Assembly (NCBI GenBank): GCA_043803225.1
Contig: JAZDKF010000027.1
Location: 22,406-86,405, forward strand
Length of the DNA: 64,000 nucleotides
From: Candidatus Beckwithbacteria bacterium
Lineage (GTDB): Bacteria > Patescibacteriota > Microgenomatia > UBA1400 > CG1-02-47-37
Reading direction: 5' to 3'
Below are positions 60,404-64,000 of the stretch, in pieces. Position 1 is the stretch's first letter. Every line of letters starts with the position of its first letter. The notes below the pieces were generated by a model. That model saw nothing but the letters and a program-made list of their open reading frames with translations. It ran no database searches and was not told the origin of the DNA. Both the position numbers and the translations under genes were made by a program.

Positions 60404-61405
60404 ATGATGGGTAACGAGTGGAGCGCCAGATTTGAAGCAGTAAACCCCATGGATTTTTACCGGTCTGTAGTTGAACAAGCGCTGCATTTTGTTCCGACAC
60501 AAGACGCTTTCCGAAAAACGAGAAATAAAGCGCTAATTTTCGCCCAGAAAAAAGCGCAAGATAAATTTCCCAACGACGAAGTAAGTTTAACGCAAGAAAT
60601 AAATCAGGAGCTAAGGGAGGTTCAGAAGAGATTACAGCAAGGCAGGACGGTGATAGAAACACAGAGCTTTGGTGAAAGAATTTGGCCGGTAGCCCCGGTT
60701 GAACTGAAATTGACCAGCAAAATAAAAAAGCGCGCTCTGTGGTGGAATCAGCGGGCAATGGTGGTACTGGAAAGCAGCGGCATTGAGGGGTTGATTAACG
60801 ACCCGTCTTTTGTCTGTTTAGCATTAGGAACAGGGCAGTGGCTGGATGCGGGAAATTTTATGGTAGAGCCAAGGTTTGTGGGTGACAGCTTAGAGATAGC
60901 GAAAAAAAACGGAGTGGATTTATATAAGGAATTTGGCTTACAAAAAGAAGATTTTGTGTTTTTCCCTCATATGAAACACAAGCCGGGATTTTATAATGAA
61001 ACATATTCCCATTTATTATTTGGCGATCGAGTGACAGAAGTAAGTTTTAAAAAATCATACCGTTTAATTCTGGAGTTGATGGAAAAAAATGAGCAAAATG
61101 TTTTATTGGTGCCGGGAACTTGGTTTTACGATCCAAATTTACCTAAAGTCGATTCAAAGTTTTTCTGGGTTCCTCAGACAGCGGAGAAGATTGTGCTTCT
61201 CGGTAAAGCCGCTAAGATCGACCCGATCCAGTTTGAGTTTGCCGTTGATCAAAGCGCAAGAAGAAAAGAGTTAAACAAAACCGGGGAGTATGAACCTCAG
61301 ATAGCGGCGGCTTACAGCACGCGGGAATTTTTAAGAACTATGATAGAATCAGATTATCATGAAAGTGAAAAAACCAAAGCAACAACCTCAGCCGGAATTG
61401 GATAA
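60404..61405 (+). CDS. Hypothetical protein.
   Basis: 333 aa ORF. No known motif recognised. Confidence 0.3.
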   Translation: MMGNEWSARFEAVNPMDFYRSVVEQALHFVPTQDAFRKTRNKALIFAQKKAQDKFPNDEVSLTQEINQELREVQKRLQQGRTVIETQSFGERIWPVAPVELKLTSKIKKRALWWNQRAMVVLESSGIEGLINDPSFVCLALGTGQWLDAGNFMVEPRFVGDSLEIAKKNGVDLYKEFGLQKEDFVFFPHMKHKPGFYNETYSHLLFGDRVTEVSFKKSYRLILELMEKNEQNVLLVPGTWFYDPNLPKVDSKFFWVPQTAEKIVLLGKAAKIDPIQFEFAVDQSARRKELNKTGEYEPQIAAAYSTREFLRTMIESDYHESEKTKATTSAGIG

Positions 61406-63257
61406 GATTAAGAAAGTTTTGGAGCAGCAGACCGGCGGGCCGGTAAATATAAAACAGATTAAGTTTAATCCGAAAAGGATTATTATTTGGCTGATCGTGG
61501 TGTTTTTTGTACTGCCGTTTTTCCTGTCTTTGTTTAGCGGCCCCTTGCCGGTGGATAAAGTGGGTTTAAGCCAGCTGTTAACTGATATTAAAGGGGCAAA
61601 GGTGGAAAAGATTTCGGTGGAAGAAGAAAAGCTGATGGTGAAGTATAAAGACAAGGAAGGGTTGTATGAGTCCAGGAAAGAAGCGAGTGAAAGTTTTGTC
61701 GAGGTGCTGTCTAACGCGGGGATTGATCCGACGACGGTGAATTTTGAAACTAAGGATACATCAGCGACTCAAGCTTGGGCGAATATTTTGGAGATTTTAC
61801 TACCGGTAGTGTTAACCGGAGCAATTTTCTTGTTTATTTTCAAACAAGCCAGAGGGTCGCAGGACGGGCTGTTTAGTTTTGGGCGATCGAGGGCAAAACT
61901 ATTTATGAAAGGTAAACAGGATGTAACTTTTAATGACGTGGCCGGCGTAAATGAAGCGAAGAAAGAGCTGGAAGAAATTGTGGATTTTTTGAAACATCCG
62001 AAAAAGTACAAAGCAATGGGAGCAAGAACACCGAAAGGCGTGATTTTGGTCGGTCCGAGCGGAGTAGGGAAAACTCTTTTGGCAAGGGCAGTCGCCGGCG
62101 AAGCCGGGGTGACTTTTTTCTCGATGGCCGGGTCGGAGTTTATGGAGATGCTGGTGGGTGTCGGGGCTTCCCGGGTCAGGGATTTGTTTGACAGCGCGAA
62201 AAAGAAAGCGCCGGCGATTATTTTTATTGATGAAATTGATGCGATCGGCAGGCAAAGATCACGGTCTTTAACCGGCGGCCATGATGAGCGGGAACAGACA
62301 TTAAATCAAATTTTGGTGGAGATGGACGGATTTACGGCTAATGAACAAGTGATTGTTATGGCAGCGACCAACCGGGGTGATTTATTGGATCCGGCTTTAA
62401 TCAGGCCGGGACGGTTTGATCGGCGGATTGTGCTGGATATGCCGGACATTGAGGGCAGGAAGCGGATAATGGCGATTCATGCCAAGGGCAAGCCGTTTGC
62501 AGCCAAAATGGATTGGGAAAAGATCGGCAAGCGGACAGTAGGTTTTTCCGGAGCAGATCTGGAAAACATGCTGAATGAAGCAGCGATTGCCGCCGCCAGA
62601 GAGAGTAAAAAGGCGATTGAGATGAAGGATTTGGAAGAAGCGGCTTTAAAGGTAAAACTGGGTCCGGAAAAGAAGTTAACCCAGAGCCAGGATGATTTAA
62701 AGATGACGGCTTACCATGAAGGCGGGCATGCAGTCGTGACTTACTATCTAAAGGATATGGATTCGGTCCACCGGATCAGCATAGTGTCTCGCGGCACTTC
62801 CTTGGGCCACACGTTGATTCCGCCGAAAACCGACCGGTACACTGAAACCAGATCGCATTTAATCGCGGAGATTACTTCGCTGCTCGGGGGAAGAACCGCG
62901 GAAAAATTGGTGTTTAATGAGTTAACCGGCGGAGCCGCCTCGGATATTGGCAGAGCCACCGAGATAGCCAGGGCAATGGTAGTCAAGATGGGAATGAGCG
63001 AGCTGGGGCCGTTGAATTTGGGGCCAAGAGTGGATATTTCCGAACTAGGAATGAACTGGTATGAACCGGAGCAGTTATCAGAATCAATGCGGTCTAAGGT
63101 GGATGAACAGATTAAAAAGATTATTGATAAAGCTTTAGTCAAAGCAGAGCAAATTATTACTAAAAACAGGGGAAAGTTAGATTTACTAGCTAAAGAATTG
63201 TTGGAAAAAGAAACAATAGAAGCAGAAGAATTTGAAGAAATAATGAAACGAAAATGA
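61359..63257 (+). CDS. ftsH: FtsH ATP-dependent zinc metalloprotease.
   Basis: N-terminal TMs, AAA 'GPSGVGKTLLARAVAGEAGV', Walker B 'IIFIDEIDA', SRH, and Zn site 'HEGGHAV'. Confidence 0.85.
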   Translation: MKVKKPKQQPQPELDKIKKVLEQQTGGPVNIKQIKFNPKRIIIWLIVVFFVLPFFLSLFSGPLPVDKVGLSQLLTDIKGAKVEKISVEEEKLMVKYKDKEGLYESRKEASESFVEVLSNAGIDPTTVNFETKDTSATQAWANILEILLPVVLTGAIFLFIFKQARGSQDGLFSFGRSRAKLFMKGKQDVTFNDVAGVNEAKKELEEIVDFLKHPKKYKAMGARTPKGVILVGPSGVGKTLLARAVAGEAGVTFFSMAGSEFMEMLVGVGASRVRDLFDSAKKKAPAIIFIDEIDAIGRQRSRSLTGGHDEREQTLNQILVEMDGFTANEQVIVMAATNRGDLLDPALIRPGRFDRRIVLDMPDIEGRKRIMAIHAKGKPFAAKMDWEKIGKRTVGFSGADLENMLNEAAIAAARESKKAIEMKDLEEAALKVKLGPEKKLTQSQDDLKMTAYHEGGHAVVTYYLKDMDSVHRISIVSRGTSLGHTLIPPKTDRYTETRSHLIAEITSLLGGRTAEKLVFNELTGGAASDIGRATEIARAMVVKMGMSELGPLNLGPRVDISELGMNWYEPEQLSESMRSKVDEQIKKIIDKALVKAEQIITKNRGKLDLLAKELLEKETIEAEEFEEIMKRK

Positions 63258-63667
63258 ATAATTTAATCAAGAAGATTCCCAGAGACAATCATTTTAAAAA
63301 ATATTTACTGGCTTTAGTTATATTATCTTTGTTGTTGAGTATTTTGATTGTACCGGTGGAATTGGGGAACAAGATTAATGACATCGGCGATGGGTTGTGG
63401 TGGGCAATTACTACCGTGACCGGGGTGGGTTACGGCGATTTAGTGCCGGTAACCGGTTTGGGCAGGGCAATCGGGGCAGTACTGATGACGGTAGGGCTGG
63501 TGCTGTTTTCGTTGATTGTAGCGATTTTATCCGGACAGATAATGAAAAAAGAAGAGAAGTATTGGCGGTTGAGAATGAAAAAAGATTTGGAATCAATCAA
63601 TAACAAACTGTACCGGCTGGAGGAAAAAATTGAGTTTCTGATTAAAGAGAAGACTCGACTTGGCTGA
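63254..63667 (+). CDS. Small 2-TM potassium channel (KcsA-like) with a C-terminal coiled coil.
   Basis: Selectivity filter 'TTVTGVGYGDLVP' between two TM helices. Confidence 0.7.
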   Translation: MNNLIKKIPRDNHFKKYLLALVILSLLLSILIVPVELGNKINDIGDGLWWAITTVTGVGYGDLVPVTGLGRAIGAVLMTVGLVLFSLIVAILSGQIMKKEEKYWRLRMKKDLESINNKLYRLEEKIEFLIKEKTRLG

Positions 63668-63691
63668 GGAAAGTGATATTATTAGGATTAA

Positions 63692-63720
63692 CCTGCCAAA
63701 AAATTTATGGCAGGTTTTTT
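63692..63720 (+). terminator. Rho-independent terminator.
   Basis: 'cctgcca' aaaaatttat 'tggcagg' followed by 'tttttt'. Confidence 0.55.
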
Positions 63721-64000
63721 ATGATGGATTTGGAAAAGTCAATTATTCCAGCGGTTCCTGATTATAGTCCGGAACTTTCAGTGACTGAAAGTTGGGGAGG
63801 ACGGGCTAGGAGTTTATGGGGAGATCGATTGGGAAGATTGGCAGAGTTAGCTTCAAAAAGTTGCGAATTATTTTTTACAGAAATAGGCATGTCGGTACCA
63901 GGGATTAGGGAACCAGGCAATAGATTAATAGTCCATAAAGACGGGTCGGTTTTACCTGATTTGGGGAAGTTAATGGAGTTTAATAAGCTGTCTCAATTGC
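63721..64000 (+). CDS. Hypothetical protein, 3' partial (runs off the window).
   Basis: ORF starts 'MMDLEKSIIPAV' and has no stop before the window end. Confidence 0.3.
   Translation, partial: MMDLEKSIIPAVPDYSPELSVTESWGGRARSLWGDRLGRLAELASKSCELFFTEIGMSVPGIREPGNRLIVHKDGSVLPDLGKLMEFNKLSQL

Noticed and set aside
1-64000. CRISPR array, rRNA genes, IS elements or transposases
   Set aside because: No regularly spaced short direct repeats, no rRNA-like conserved blocks and no transposase-like ORF were seen when reading both strands. The only multi-copy sequence is the 3-copy hairpin element reported above.

Overview
The window reads as a gene-dense, streamlined bacterial chromosome segment: about 42% GC, short intergenic spacers, and many ATGA or TAATG stop-start overlaps. 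The gene content hints at an anaerobic, host- or community-dependent lineage, possibly Candidate Phyla Radiation (CPR/Patescibacteria)-like, but that is inference from gene content only.

Recognisable modules, left to right:
- 1-6,400: a partial S8 protease, then redox and membrane housekeeping genes (rubrerythrin, DedA, TspO, VKOR, a thioredoxin-like protein, an RRM protein).
- 8,029-14,286: a dispersed [NiFe]-hydrogenase set (hypC, a maturation endopeptidase, large subunit and small subunit).
- 10,339-11,561: a ParB/Srx-like protein translationally coupled to a cysteine synthase.
- 14,958-17,215: class II aldolase and phosphoglycerate kinase.
- 17,864-22,227: an Rrf2-regulated suf operon (sufC, sufBD, sufS, sufU, DUF1858).
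- 23,603-24,552: ferredoxin-NADP reductase-like (FNR-like) oxidoreductase and a ferredoxin.
- 26,618-30,258: a sugar-phosphate cluster (LOG, rpiB, gap, an RPE-like gene, two PfkB kinases).
- 30,243-35,855: a class A beta-lactamase-like hydrolase and two tandem class A PBPs.
- 36,487-37,844: a candidate cobalamin-scavenging pair (a DUF4430/transcobalamin-like secreted protein and a small membrane protein).
- 39,543-45,935: an nrdR gene, preceded by two NrdR boxes, with three tandem class II (adenosylcobalamin-dependent) ribonucleotide reductase paralogs.
- 46,045-47,173: maf and a BtuR/CobO-type cob(I)alamin adenosyltransferase.
- 48,055-50,822: a VirB4/VirD4-superfamily membrane ATPase.
- 51,871-63,667: three tRNAs (Ile-UAU, Met/Ile2-CAU, Trp-CCA), a Xer-like recombinase, trpS, ftsH and a small K+ channel.

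The most unusual signal is a 65-75 nt element in three copies (inside an ORF at 9,547-9,610; sufBD-sufS spacer; downstream of the third nrdJ). It has conserved flanks and a central hairpin whose sequence differs between copies while base pairing is preserved.

Other points of note:
- nucleotide-level gene-conversion tracts between two nrdJ paralogs;
- in-frame codon palindromes in a repeat protein;
- a minimal two-subunit hydrogenase with an atypical proximal-cluster motif;
- a RidA with a poly-Cys tail;
- a tRNA-like structured element and a terminated candidate sRNA next to tRNA genes.

No CRISPR array, rRNA or obvious IS/transposase was seen.
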